From a virus, in IMG/VR virus record IMGVR_UViG_3300049137_000145, positions 1 to 64,000 of that record: a DNA stretch of 64,000 nucleotides; one strand, given 5' to 3'. Made by a program: the position numbers and the translations under genes. Numbering within the stretch: the stretch's first letter is position 1; the number at the start of each line of letters is the position of its first letter. Below, piece by piece: positions 18,101 to 26,660 of the stretch. Below the pieces are notes generated by a model. It saw only the letters and a program-made list of their open reading frames with translations, was not told the DNA's origin and ran no database searches.

Positions 18101-18209
18101 GCAGATCACCGCTGACGTGACCCGGCGGCAGGGCGACATTGTGCTTGCCGCTGGTCATCGTGACGTCGGCCTTCAACCGGGCGCCGACGGAACGGAAGGC
18201 GACAGGCAT
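15186..18209 (-). CDS. large minor tail protein (1007 aa)
   Basis: The ATG at 18209 overlaps the tape-measure stop (TAATG). It sits directly downstream of the tape measure. The ORF-track extension to 19139 overlaps the tape measure and is rejected. Confidence 0.75.
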   Translation of the reverse strand: MPVAFRSVGARLKADVTMTSGKHNVALPPGHVSGDLLLLVIVTDDNTGPLSTPLGWTLLTGGGPGLSGGNTARVRTWVYRRMDNGSLGSTVPVSFSTSPWPAGSPYVLAFTAAYTGCDPSAPIERWTAIAPLDATAATQAHPQITTRVADDWLVTIRTGSAWGARTVTNSVAADVERVDDNDGFGELFAALYDSAAGLPLGTQTQRFTTSAGGDAVCQGGSTMWSLALKPVTTTAYALPGTPRVAAQAFNAAVHSEPGGWDLCGVQGLPRYRFVIDWDADGIPGSLSEVGDLYVRDTFQRSATAGWGTADTGQTWTVGATASDFSVTGGSGVHLVGSRSASRFSVAPSPSADVDLRVDFTTDQAPAGDSFYVYALTRYTDGNNSYAARAWLRPDGSAVLSLRKRVGGTETQLAATTAEMTYTAGTRYTLRTRVAGDQVMAKIWKAGTTEPQTWPVRVTDTGLTAAGSVGVRSLIGAAATNTLPVTFSYSDFAVYAPTDPEDVTAEIVSDISVSYGRDQERQLGPAVVGSAAFTLDNSTRRYSPDNALSPLSGDLDPARTMSASVDFNGQRYPLFRGRIDDYTVQADFGDRTADFTFLDGLNDLAGIKLSTGVYTSMRTGDLINLVLDLAGWTGGRDIDRGASVVRYWWLEDTDALSAINDLVKSEGPPALAYVSPGGVFTFRDRHHRLQRPQSLTPRAVFSAGRLADCSTTAPAVPGYSFTKPFVYSHGWRDIVNSVTFDVEEREPAAVPEVVWTDNSTYTLTQGQSVDVEVRASEPFVGALPPVPGVDLIYDNLSSGWVQTVLSRNSGVSATLTLKCLGRSVTVTKLQLRARPLTVARTVRVSLTDPGSVTRHGERAYPDSAPWANPADAEAIASMILRHYGRRRPTVQLRIVSQDPAHFTQVLQRTVSDRIRIVNGEMGLDSDFFVERVTHTVQRLGRTGRPPVHAVVLGCEQDWAAPSNAFRFDQRGAGFDQGVFDLTTADDPGEVFTFDDPVRGQFDRGRLGT

Positions 18210-21200
18210 TACGCAGCACCTCCCAGCGGCTTCGGGAGACGGCCCTTGCGGCTGAGCTGGTCCAGGGCTTTCGCCAGCCAGTCCTCGGTTTCCTGCCGGG
18301 AGGCGATGACACCGTGGTTCACGACGGTCAGGTGGATCACGGATGAGGGTCCGGCCGTCTGGCGCACGGACTGGCGGTGGTTGCGCACCTTGGTCCCGGC
18401 GGGCAGCTTCATCAGCTCCCGGCCCATCTCGCCGACCCAGTGCCAGCCGCCCGTGGCGCCGTCGGTGCCGTTGGCGTAGCCGCCGGGCCGGTTGTATGCG
18501 CGCGGGAGGCTGCCGTACGCCGACAGTGCGTAGCGCATCGAGGCGTAAACGTTGGCGAGCGGGTTGATGGACGTGCCGTACATGAAGGGCCCGGTGTTGC
18601 GGTACCGGCCGGCGTGCGCCTGGAAGGTCGGCCGGATCACCTGCATGAGACCGACCGACGGATAGCCGCGCTGGGCGTTGATGTCCCAGAGGTTGACCGC
18701 GCGCGGGTTGCCGCCGCTCTCCTGGTTCATGCGGCGCAGGGTGATGTCGTCGTACGAGAGCGGCTGTTTGACCAGGCCGAGGGCCTGGCGCACCACACCA
18801 CGCCACCGCTGCACACCGGATCCGCCGATGTCCACCGGGCCGCCTCCGCCGAAGCCGAGCAGATCGGACCCCACGGACTTCACCGCAGAGATCAGGCCGT
18901 CCACGGCCATACGTGGAATCCGGGCAGCCATCTTCGCCCAGTTGCTCGTCCCGATAGCGGCTGTGATCCGCTTCAGCGGGGCACCGAGGATCTTCTTCGC
19001 GTTGTCCACCGGGTCTGACAGGAAATCCAGAGCAGCCTTGGAGAACGAGACCGCCTTGCCGAAAGCAGAGCTGATCGCGGAGCCGATGGAGCCGAGGATG
19101 CCGCCCTTCTCCATGAAGTGCGCACCGGCCGCCTGCCACAGGCCCCGGGCCCTGGTTGCGTACTTGGGGTCGGTGGGGATGACGTATTCGGGGTACCTCG
19201 GATCGCCCTCACCGACGATGGCAGTCGGCTTGTTGAACACGCCGGGCTCTGCTCGGCCGACGGTGCCGCCGGCTGCCAGGAGCTTGACCTTTTTCAGCTT
19301 GTTGTCCAGGCCGATCCATCCGGCGATCTTTCCCCAGACGCTGACGATGCCCCGGTTCCACACCCGGTCCAGCACCCAGTTGACCGGGGTTTTCGTCTTG
19401 CTGCGGATACCGCCCCAGATGGTGCCGATACCGTCGCGCATCTCCGCGAAGTAGCCTCTGACGCGGTCGCGCAGGGTCCGGGCCCATCCGGGAATCTTCC
19501 GGGTGAAGAAGTCGCCGATGGGCGAGAACACCCGGGTCCGTATGTTGCCGTAGATGCCGGTCAGGCGGTCGCCCAGACCGCCGAAATAACCGGTCACGCG
19601 GTCACGGACGGTACGCCCCCATCCGGGGATCCTCCGGGTGAAGAAGTCGCCGATGGGCGAGAACACCTGATTGTGTATCGCTGTGTAACGGCTCGTCAGC
19701 CGGTCACGGAGGTCCCCCCACGCGCCGGTCACCTTGTCCCGTACAACGCCCGCTGCCGCTGGCAGAGTCTGTGTGAAGAACCGGCTGATGGGTGCGAAGA
19801 CTTTGTCGTGGGCGATGTTCCAGCCCCGCACGAAAAAGTCGGCGAAGGGCCCGGAGAACCAGGCGCCGACGGCCTGGGCTGCGCTCAGCACGCCGTTCAG
19901 GGCACCCCGGACGATGCTTCGGAAGGTCTCCGATTTTTTCCACAGGACCACGAAGGCTGCGCCGAGGAGCACCAGCAGGCCGATCACGATGCCGATGGGC
20001 GAGGAGATCATCGCAACGGCGAGTGCACGCATGGCGCCGGCGGTCGCCAGCGCGGCGACACGGGCGATGCGCAGCGCTCCGGAGAACAGCCCTGTGGCGA
20101 GGGTGGCCGCCCGCGTGGCTATCGAGCCGGCCCACGTTGCGGCCGTTGATGCGCGGGTGGCCACGGCAGAGGCCATGGCGGCCACCCGGTGTGCGATCAG
20201 AGCGGCCCGGCTTGCGTGGACGGCGCCGGTGGACGTGGTGACCGAAGTGGTGAACAGCCAGGTGACGCCGGCCGCCGCAGACTGGTAGACCGCGTACAGC
20301 TTCAGCCCCGCGTTGACGGCCAGGATGGCCGGGATGATCAACTTCAGCACGGGCGTAGGAGTCGCCGACACGAGCTGTGCGAAGACCTGGAGGACCAGCA
20401 GGCCGAAGCCGCTCATCGGTCCGGCCGCAGAGATGATGTCGGCGAGAGCTGACCCGATGTCCTTCATGGCGGGGACAGCGCCGCGCGCCCGCTCCATGAA
20501 CGTGGCGAAGCCCTCGGACTCGCCCAGATTGGCGCCGAAGTTGGCGAACTGTTCCGTCAGCTCGACCATGCCGCCGGACATCTCCGACTGCACCGGCATG
20601 AAGGCGTTGACCATGCCGACGACACCCACCGTGATGTTCTTCACGGTGGTCAGGAAGTTGCCCAGGGCGCTGCCCGCGTTGCCCTGGAGGTTGCGACCGA
20701 ATTCGCTGAAAACGCGGCCGGCCTGGCCCTCGCCGAACGATGCCGTGAATTCCTTGACCTCCCGCGTGCCGATGCGCACGAACGGCGTCAGCTTGGGCAG
20801 CACCTCGCGGATCTTGTTGATACCTGCCGTGAACAGGGGCATGGTGGTCCCGGACAGGCTGTCCGACCACCGGTCGATGTCGTCTTTCAGGCCCTGGTAC
20901 GCCTTGGCCGTCTCCCGGGTGGCCGGGGTCATGGCCTTCATCTTTTCGTCGTAGATCGCCTGTGATTTGCGCGCGGTGTTCGTCGCGGTGGTGACGTCCG
21001 ACAGGGCCTTGTTGTACTCCTGCGCCTTGGCCTTGGCCTCTGCCGACATACCGGCCGTGATCTTCATTTGCTGGCCGTACTTGACACCCATCTCCTTGGC
21101 CAGGCGCTGGGCGTGGGCCTTGGCGATGGTCGCCTTCTCGTCGGCCTCTTCGGCCGCTTGCAGCTTCTCGCTGGCCTCGGTGATCTTTTTGAACTGCGGG

Positions 21201-21415
21201 ACCACGGCCGCAGCGAAGGCGCCGCCCGCCGCACCGGCGGAGGCCAGAGTGGCCGTCATGGCGCCGACTCCAGCGGTCACGGCGGCGGTCACCGGCAGGA
21301 TGGCCGTGCTCAGGGCAGACGCCCCGAGGGCCCCCAGCCCTTGGATGGCCTTCAGGGCAGGGGACGTGTCGGAGTCAATGCGGACAAAGCCCGTCCCGAT
21401 CAGCGTGCCGACCAT
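18209..21415 (-). CDS. tape measure protein with a lytic-transglycosylase-like domain
   Basis: 1068 aa with long Ala/Gly-rich helical and transmembrane-like repeats. The C-terminal part contains GGNPRAVNLWDINAQRGYPSVGLMQV. It follows the G/T chaperones. Confidence 0.9.
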   Translation of the reverse strand: MVGTLIGTGFVRIDSDTSPALKAIQGLGALGASALSTAILPVTAAVTAGVGAMTATLASAGAAGGAFAAAVVPQFKKITEASEKLQAAEEADEKATIAKAHAQRLAKEMGVKYGQQMKITAGMSAEAKAKAQEYNKALSDVTTATNTARKSQAIYDEKMKAMTPATRETAKAYQGLKDDIDRWSDSLSGTTMPLFTAGINKIREVLPKLTPFVRIGTREVKEFTASFGEGQAGRVFSEFGRNLQGNAGSALGNFLTTVKNITVGVVGMVNAFMPVQSEMSGGMVELTEQFANFGANLGESEGFATFMERARGAVPAMKDIGSALADIISAAGPMSGFGLLVLQVFAQLVSATPTPVLKLIIPAILAVNAGLKLYAVYQSAAAGVTWLFTTSVTTSTGAVHASRAALIAHRVAAMASAVATRASTAATWAGSIATRAATLATGLFSGALRIARVAALATAGAMRALAVAMISSPIGIVIGLLVLLGAAFVVLWKKSETFRSIVRGALNGVLSAAQAVGAWFSGPFADFFVRGWNIAHDKVFAPISRFFTQTLPAAAGVVRDKVTGAWGDLRDRLTSRYTAIHNQVFSPIGDFFTRRIPGWGRTVRDRVTGYFGGLGDRLTGIYGNIRTRVFSPIGDFFTRKIPGWARTLRDRVRGYFAEMRDGIGTIWGGIRSKTKTPVNWVLDRVWNRGIVSVWGKIAGWIGLDNKLKKVKLLAAGGTVGRAEPGVFNKPTAIVGEGDPRYPEYVIPTDPKYATRARGLWQAAGAHFMEKGGILGSIGSAISSAFGKAVSFSKAALDFLSDPVDNAKKILGAPLKRITAAIGTSNWAKMAARIPRMAVDGLISAVKSVGSDLLGFGGGGPVDIGGSGVQRWRGVVRQALGLVKQPLSYDDITLRRMNQESGGNPRAVNLWDINAQRGYPSVGLMQVIRPTFQAHAGRYRNTGPFMYGTSINPLANVYASMRYALSAYGSLPRAYNRPGGYANGTDGATGGWHWVGEMGRELMKLPAGTKVRNHRQSVRQTAGPSSVIHLTVVNHGVIASRQETEDWLAKALDQLSRKGRLPKPLGGAA

Positions 21416-21835
21416 CTACAGCACCACCCCTTGAGCTGCGAGGAACGTCTGGCTTGCGTCCTCGTCGCCGTGCCACCACCACGGCGCTCCGTCTTCAACC
21501 TCCACAGGCACGGGCGCGGGCTGTCCGGGCACCTGCCACAGACGGACCTCCAGCTCGGAGTCCAGCCGTTGCTGAGCGGCGTCCTCGGGCTCGTTCTCTC
21601 CCGGCTGCGTGCGCTGGCACATCTCGTAGTAGACGAGGTTCAGGAAGCGGTCGACGGGGAGGCTGCGGAGATCAACACCTCTCCCGGCGTAGTGGCCGTC
21701 GATGTAATGCCAGAGTCCGGGCCTGGTGATCCACTCGGTGAGGGCGAGGACGGTTCGGTAGGGCGGAGCCCGTACTGCTCCATCAGCCAGGAGACGATGT
21801 CCTCCACCTGGTCGATCTCGATGGGGTTCTCCCGG
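21416..21835 (-). CDS. T-frame extension of the tail assembly chaperone, reached by a -1 frameshift
   Basis: The -1 frame is open from 21835 to the stop at 21416. It reads ...EWITRPGLWHYIDGHYAGRGVDLRSLPVDRFLNLVYYEMCQ... and overlaps the 3' end of the G frame. I could not pinpoint the slippery site. Confidence 0.55.
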   Translation of the reverse strand, partial: PGEPHRDRPGGGHRLLADGAVRAPPYRTVLALTEWITRPGLWHYIDGHYAGRGVDLRSLPVDRFLNLVYYEMCQRTQPGENEPEDAAQQRLDSELEVRLWQVPGQPAPVPVEVEDGAPWWWHGDEDASQTFLAAQGVVL

Positions 21836-22101
21836 TCACGCATGCGCGCGTTGAACCGCTCCAGCGATTCGGGCAGCAGGACGACGTCCAGCATGGCGCG
21901 GAAGGCCTGGAGCTGGTCGGCCACCGAAGCCGTCGTCTCCATCCCGGAGAACTTTGCCGCGAAGTCCAGCAGCACCTCGGCCGGGACGCCCCGTGCCGCG
22001 TGGAAGATGTCGTCGTCTACGCGGAAGGAGATGTCCTGCCGCTTCTTGGTGAAGTCGCGCATCTCGGTCATGGCGCGCACGGTAAGCCCAGAGCACCCCA
22101 T
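21640..22101 (-). CDS. tail assembly chaperone (G frame)
   Basis: Lies immediately upstream of the tape measure and overlaps the -1 ORF. ATG at 22071 is an alternative start. Confidence 0.7.
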   Translation of the reverse strand: MGCSGLTVRAMTEMRDFTKKRQDISFRVDDDIFHAARGVPAEVLLDFAAKFSGMETTASVADQLQAFRAMLDVVLLPESLERFNARMRDRENPIEIDQVEDIVSWLMEQYGLRPTEPSSPSPSGSPGPDSGITSTATTPGEVLISAASPSTAS

Positions 22102-22137
22102 GATCGTTCCGGAGCTGCGTCGGGGCTGTATCGCACT

Positions 22138-22479
22138 TCAGCCCGGTGCGACGTTGGACCATGGCAACGTCAAGCCGTCATGCGCCGACCGTGGGACCAG
22201 GTGCACATGGAGGTGGAACACAGATTGCGTGGCCTCCGGGCCGCGCGAAGTAATGAGGTTCATCGGCCGGCCGTCTGCTGCCAGCTCAGCCGCGCGACGC
22301 ATCGTCGTGGCCGTCACATCAGGGTCTTCACCGAAGTCCGCGACGTGCCTTCGGGGGATCACAAGGACGTGGCCTGCGACTACCGGATTGAGAGGCACGA
22401 TGGCGAGCGCATCAGCCCATTCGCGCACTACGGTGGACGGTGCCCGGCCTTCTGAAATCTCGCAGAATACGCAGCTCAC
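22138..22479 (-). CDS. HIT-family (histidine triad) nucleotide hydrolase
   Basis: Histidine triad HLHVHLVPR and the N-terminal CVFCEI motif. 113 aa. Confidence 0.85.
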   Translation of the reverse strand: MSCVFCEISEGRAPSTVVREWADALAIVPLNPVVAGHVLVIPRRHVADFGEDPDVTATTMRRAAELAADGRPMNLITSRGPEATQSVFHLHVHLVPRSAHDGLTLPWSNVAPG

Positions 22480-22481
22480 AG

Positions 22482-22847
22482 TCAGCCCATCCGGAGCGCC
22501 TTCGTAAGAAAGTCGTTCTTTTTCGTGCCCGGGTGATTCACGACGCGGGCGAACACCGTGCGGCCCTTGACACTGAACTTCAGCACCCGCCGGGTACGCG
22601 GACGGATCTGATGCGGCCGGGTGCCCTTGATGACGTACATGGTCGCCGGGTGGCTGGACTCCACCCGCACGTGCCTCCCGACGACCACGGCGCGGACCTG
22701 GCGCCCCATCTTCCCCGGGGCCATGCGCCGGGCGTTGCGCTGCACCCGGCGGGCCTTGCGGATCAGCTCCTGCATGACCGGCGAGGACGGCGACAGCAGC
22801 AGGTCGTTGACACCGCCGGCCCGGATCTCGATGCGCGCGGCCGGCAC
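22482..22847 (-). CDS. HK97 gp10-like head-tail joining protein
   Basis: The segment GTRPHQIRPRTRRVLKF..GRTVFARVVNHPGTKKNDFLTKAL resembles the gp10 family. Confidence 0.55.
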   Translation of the reverse strand: MPAARIEIRAGGVNDLLLSPSSPVMQELIRKARRVQRNARRMAPGKMGRQVRAVVVGRHVRVESSHPATMYVIKGTRPHQIRPRTRRVLKFSVKGRTVFARVVNHPGTKKNDFLTKALRMG

Positions 22848-22848
22848 G

Positions 22849-23349
22849 TCAGCTCCGCACCAGACAGACGCGGGCCGTCAGGTTGACCCCGACGCATCCG
22901 CCCTCGGGACCGACCGGCTCCACCGGGGTCACCAGGTAGTCCAGCACGTCGTCGTCCTCCCGCAGACGGCACAGCGCGGCGGACACGGAATCCAGCATCT
23001 CTGTGGCGTCCTGAAGCAGCAGCCCGGCCGCCGTGTCCAGTTCGTCGGCCGGCGGGGCCATTTCCACACCGTCGGCGCTCGGAGCGCAGCGCACCACGGC
23101 TATGGTGAACTGCCCCACCTCGTACGGCGGCTGGCAGGCGCCCGACACCGTCTCCGACTCCTCGGGGAACACCTCGGACAGGTACAGCCGGGACAACGAG
23201 ACGGCGAGCATCCCGCCGCAGTCGCACGAATCCCACGCGATCTCCCCCGGGACCATGCTGACACGGCCCGGCTTGGACGTCAGCCCCGCGCTCACGGCGG
23301 TCATCAGGCGGGTGCCTACGGTGTACCAGCGCGCGGCCCCCGTGATCAC
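22849..23349 (-). CDS. hypothetical virion-module protein
   Basis: ORF track. The ATG overlaps the upstream stop (ATGA). Confidence 0.5.
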   Translation of the reverse strand: MITGAARWYTVGTRLMTAVSAGLTSKPGRVSMVPGEIAWDSCDCGGMLAVSLSRLYLSEVFPEESETVSGACQPPYEVGQFTIAVVRCAPSADGVEMAPPADELDTAAGLLLQDATEMLDSVSAALCRLREDDDVLDYLVTPVEPVGPEGGCVGVNLTARVCLVRS

Positions 23350-23480
23350 AACCGCTCCTTGCGAAACGCCTCGCCGCGTCGGCGGACCTCCGCGTCCCGC
23401 AGGTACGCCCGGTACCTGCGGCTGTGCTCACACCGGCATAGCCGGGTGCCGTCGAACAGGGCGTGCCAGAGCCAGATCAC
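23346..23480 (-). CDS. small hypothetical protein (44 aa)
   Basis: GTGA overlap with the upstream stop and ATGA overlap with the downstream start. Fills an otherwise uncovered 127-nt gap. Confidence 0.3.
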   Translation of the reverse strand: MIWLWHALFDGTRLCRCEHSRRYRAYLRDAEVRRRGEAFRKERL

Positions 23481-24247
23481 GGCAGCCTCCGCAAGGTCCG
23501 GTCCACGTCGTACACACGGGCCCGACGGCTCAGACCGTGCGGGTTCTCGGACGCGAGGAACATGTCCACCAGGTACAGGCCGGTGCGGCCGTCCTTGAGG
23601 AGCTGTCCGATGTCCGGGTACTGAATCGTTACACCCTGGCGGACGAGCTGCGTCACCCCGGGCGGCAGACGGCAGTCCACGCCCTTGGCCGCCTTGGAGA
23701 TCTCGCAAGCGAGTTCGCCCACGGCCAGGCGCCCGGAATCGGGCACCTCCTCGCCGATCAGGGCGACGACCGACCACGTGCCCGGCCGGTCGTCGCCCAG
23801 AGCGAGATTGTTGCAGCGCGGCCAGGCGAACCCGTCGGTACGGATCAGGCTCCGGCCGGCCAGGCGGTAGGCGCCCGTCGCCATCGGCGTTCCGTCCAGC
23901 TTCACCTCCGTCACGCGGCTGGTCAGGCTGGGCAGACGGACGGTGGAGAGGACCGTGCATGAGCACCCGGCCCGGCAGCCACCCGCACAGTAGGGCAAAC
24001 GGTAGACGTCCCACGGGGGCACGGGGTAGGTGGTCCTCCAGTCCCACAGCGGGTAGCCGGTCCAGTCCCCGCAGTCGTCCGCACAGGGCCGGAGGGTCAC
24101 CGGGCACCGGCCGAACCGGCGTCCGGACAAGGCCCACAGGATTCGCGTGGCCGCGCTCACGGCGTACCCGGTGATCTCCGGGGACAGTGCTGAGACGTCA
24201 CACGTCCAGTGGACCGGCCAGTCCTCGCACACCCCGAACTCGGTCAC
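23477..24247 (-). CDS. Cys-rich virion-module protein
   Basis: Frame of ORF 23477..24292. GTG at 24247 lies 4 nt after AGGAGG. Confidence 0.55.
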   Translation of the reverse strand: MTEFGVCEDWPVHWTCDVSALSPEITGYAVSAATRILWALSGRRFGRCPVTLRPCADDCGDWTGYPLWDWRTTYPVPPWDVYRLPYCAGGCRAGCSCTVLSTVRLPSLTSRVTEVKLDGTPMATGAYRLAGRSLIRTDGFAWPRCNNLALGDDRPGTWSVVALIGEEVPDSGRLAVGELACEISKAAKGVDCRLPPGVTQLVRQGVTIQYPDIGQLLKDGRTGLYLVDMFLASENPHGLSRRARVYDVDRTLRRLP

Positions 24248-24255
24248 AGCACCTC

Positions 24256-24738
24256 CTACGCGGTGAAACGGGCGATCCCCGAATCGCTCCACACGACGGT
24301 GAAACTGCCCGAGACGATGGACTGCGGGCCCCCGAAATACAGGTAGGCCACGCCCTGGTCAGCAACTGTGCCGCCGGTGATGGAGTCGTCGTAGACCAGG
24401 CAGCCGTAGACATCGGACAGGCTGACAGTGCCTGCGGCAGACAGATCGGCCGCGTCGAACATGACCACGCCGGATTCCGGGTTCGTGAACGTCTTGGAAG
24501 CAAGGGCCCTGCCCCCGGCAGGCCAGTTCGTTCCGCCGCTGACCTCCCGGGCGGCCGTCCAGGTGCCGGCGTTGTAGCCGGCAGCGGTGACGGCCGCGTC
24601 CAGGTCCGGGACGACCGTGTCATTGAACAGGGCTGCCTTGACCGTGTCGGAGTCCAGGCCGGTGTACCCGGTCCCGGAGGCCTGCATCATCGGGCCCCTG
24701 ATCCACTCCCGGAAGACCCGGCTGTCCGTCCACGCCAT
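24256..24738 (-). CDS. hypothetical virion-module protein
   Basis: ORF track. Confidence 0.55.
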   Translation of the reverse strand: MAWTDSRVFREWIRGPMMQASGTGYTGLDSDTVKAALFNDTVVPDLDAAVTAAGYNAGTWTAAREVSGGTNWPAGGRALASKTFTNPESGVVMFDAADLSAAGTVSLSDVYGCLVYDDSITGGTVADQGVAYLYFGGPQSIVSGSFTVVWSDSGIARFTA

Positions 24739-24742
24739 CGGC

Positions 24743-25036
24743 TCACCCTCTCGCTACACGCGCGGCCGGGGCGTACACCACGCGGTCCTCGCCGTCGTCG
24801 CGCGTCGTCACCACGGCCATGACCGGCCGGCCGTCACCGTCGTACCTGACGTCCTCGTTGCCGATGTAGTCGTCCCGCAGGACGGCCCGCACCCGGCAGC
24901 GCACACCCTCCAGCACCATCGGGGCGAGAAGTCCCGCGAGGCCAGGGCACGGGTGGAAACGGTTGTCTGCCCCGGTTGTCACCGCTGTCGCGGCACAGTT
25001 GGGGCAGACCCAGTGCTGCTCTCCGGTCAGGATCAC
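24743..25036 (-). CDS. small zinc-ribbon-like protein
   Basis: The GTG at 25036 overlaps the upstream stop (GTGA). Contains CPNC ... HPCP. Confidence 0.45.
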   Translation of the reverse strand: MILTGEQHWVCPNCAATAVTTGADNRFHPCPGLAGLLAPMVLEGVRCRVRAVLRDDYIGNEDVRYDGDGRPVMAVVTTRDDGEDRVVYAPAARVARG

Positions 25037-25728
25037 GACAGGGTCAGCGGGTTGACCTGCGGATCGGGCGGCGGAGTGGTGGTGATGTTCCACAGCCAGT
25101 GTTCGTTGGGCTGCACCGACTCTCCGGGTGGGAGCCAGGACGTGGAGCCCGGTCCCCGGCCCCAGCCGACCACCGGTGTCGTGGAGGCCGCCTGCGTCTC
25201 CGACTGGACCTGGAGCGTGGAGCGCCCGTTCTCCACGGTGTACGTGCCGATCCGGCTCGCGCCGACGTTGGGCCAGGCGTTGTAGATGTAGCGCTGCGCG
25301 CCGGACGGGTCGCAGGCTCCGGATCCGGCAACGCGCTGCCAGACCTCCAGCGAGTACCGGTTGGCCGGCGAACCCTCTGCGAAGGCGAAGCCGGTTCCGG
25401 TCACTCCGGCACCGTTGACGGTCAGCTCCCGAGCCGACGCGAGATAGGCCACACCGGTGGTGTTGATCTCGCAAAAGTCGATGGTGAGCTGCATCCTCTT
25501 GAGGACCGGGTCGTCCTTCTGGTTGACGCACGGCGTTCCGTCGGCCGTGCGCTCGAAAAACTCCTCGCCGTCCTCGTACTGAGGCTCCATGTTGACCTGA
25601 ACGAAGCCCTTGGTCACCACGACCAGGGAGCCGGTGCCGGTGACCGGGTTGCCGCAGGCGTCCACGCGGACGATCCGGGCGTGCGTGCCCTTGATCGCGG
25701 TGGCGGCCGAAGCCACGGTTGCTACCAC
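25033..25728 (-). CDS. virion structural protein, possibly the major tail/tube protein
   Basis: 231-aa ORF. Beta-rich sequence resembling tail-tube families. The gene order is atypical, so the assignment is weak. Confidence 0.45.
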   Translation of the reverse strand: MVATVASAATAIKGTHARIVRVDACGNPVTGTGSLVVVTKGFVQVNMEPQYEDGEEFFERTADGTPCVNQKDDPVLKRMQLTIDFCEINTTGVAYLASARELTVNGAGVTGTGFAFAEGSPANRYSLEVWQRVAGSGACDPSGAQRYIYNAWPNVGASRIGTYTVENGRSTLQVQSETQAASTTPVVGWGRGPGSTSWLPPGESVQPNEHWLWNITTTPPPDPQVNPLTLS

Positions 25729-25738
25729 TGTTCACCCC

Positions 25739-26626
25739 TTACGTGGGTACGCCGAGAGTCATGAGGGCTGCGAGGTGTACGCACTCCCAGCCGAAGAGGT
25801 ACGTCCGGCTGGCCTGCTTGCGGACGGTGTTGGTGCTCCGGTCGAACGTGCCGGGCCAGTCCCGCACCGCGACGTCGGAGCGGTAGCCGAACAGTGCGCC
25901 GGTGGCGTAGAGCCACGCGGACCCCGCCGTAGGTGCCGCGCCGTCCGGGCCGGTTCCGGAGTACCCGGCCGCTGCGATGACGCGGTGGCCGCCGGGCGTG
26001 GACAGGACACCTGTGTCGTCGTCCCACTGGACCAGGTCCCTGGACCGCAGCGTGGCCAGGGCGACGAGAGGTACGTGCACCACACCCCGCCCGCCGTACC
26101 GTTCGGCCAGGGCAGCGTCCAGCAGACCGATGATCTCGGCCGGGTCGCTGGTGGCCGCCACCACTTCATCGGCCGCCGTCTGGAGTCGGACGCCCTGCGG
26201 GTCGTCCAGCGTGGAGTCGGCGGCCAGGTGCGGCCAGACTGTCGTCTGTCCGCCGGCCCGGCCGGACCAGAGCGCACGGGACACCTGAAACGCCTCGCTG
26301 CGAGCCAGCGCCTCCGCCGCCTGATCCACGTCCGGCAGTCCGATGAGCGAGCAGGAGAAGTCCGCGTACACCGTGAAGGCGGTGGCGCCCCGGTCGACGC
26401 CACCTGCGGTGGATTCCAGCGGTGGCGGGGGCGGTGCATCACCGGTCCCGGTGACGGCGACACAGGCGTCCGCGTAGGTCGTCTGCGCTCCGCCGCACCA
26501 GTCCGTCCAGGTCACACCCTGCTGCCAGTGAGGGCCCGACGGGACCGGATGCTGCGCCGCGTCCCACAGGGCGTTCGGGAGCGCGACGAAGTCCGGTCCG
26601 TCGACTATGCCTCGGATGCCGGCCAC
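25739..26626 (-). CDS. virion structural protein, possibly a second capsid (penton or decoration) protein
   Basis: 295-aa ORF directly downstream of the major capsid gene. Confidence 0.45.
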   Translation of the reverse strand: MAGIRGIVDGPDFVALPNALWDAAQHPVPSGPHWQQGVTWTDWCGGAQTTYADACVAVTGTGDAPPPPPLESTAGGVDRGATAFTVYADFSCSLIGLPDVDQAAEALARSEAFQVSRALWSGRAGGQTTVWPHLAADSTLDDPQGVRLQTAADEVVAATSDPAEIIGLLDAALAERYGGRGVVHVPLVALATLRSRDLVQWDDDTGVLSTPGGHRVIAAAGYSGTGPDGAAPTAGSAWLYATGALFGYRSDVAVRDWPGTFDRSTNTVRKQASRTYLFGWECVHLAALMTLGVPT

Positions 26627-26660
26627 GTCACGCTCCCTCGGGTGTCGATGCGGTCAGGAC

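Noticed and set aside
18210-19139. N-terminal extension of the minor tail ORF, listed in the ORF track as 15186..19139 (1317 aa).
   Set aside because: The extension overlaps the 3' end of the tape measure gene in another frame. The ATG at 18209 overlaps the tape measure stop and begins the recognisable protein.
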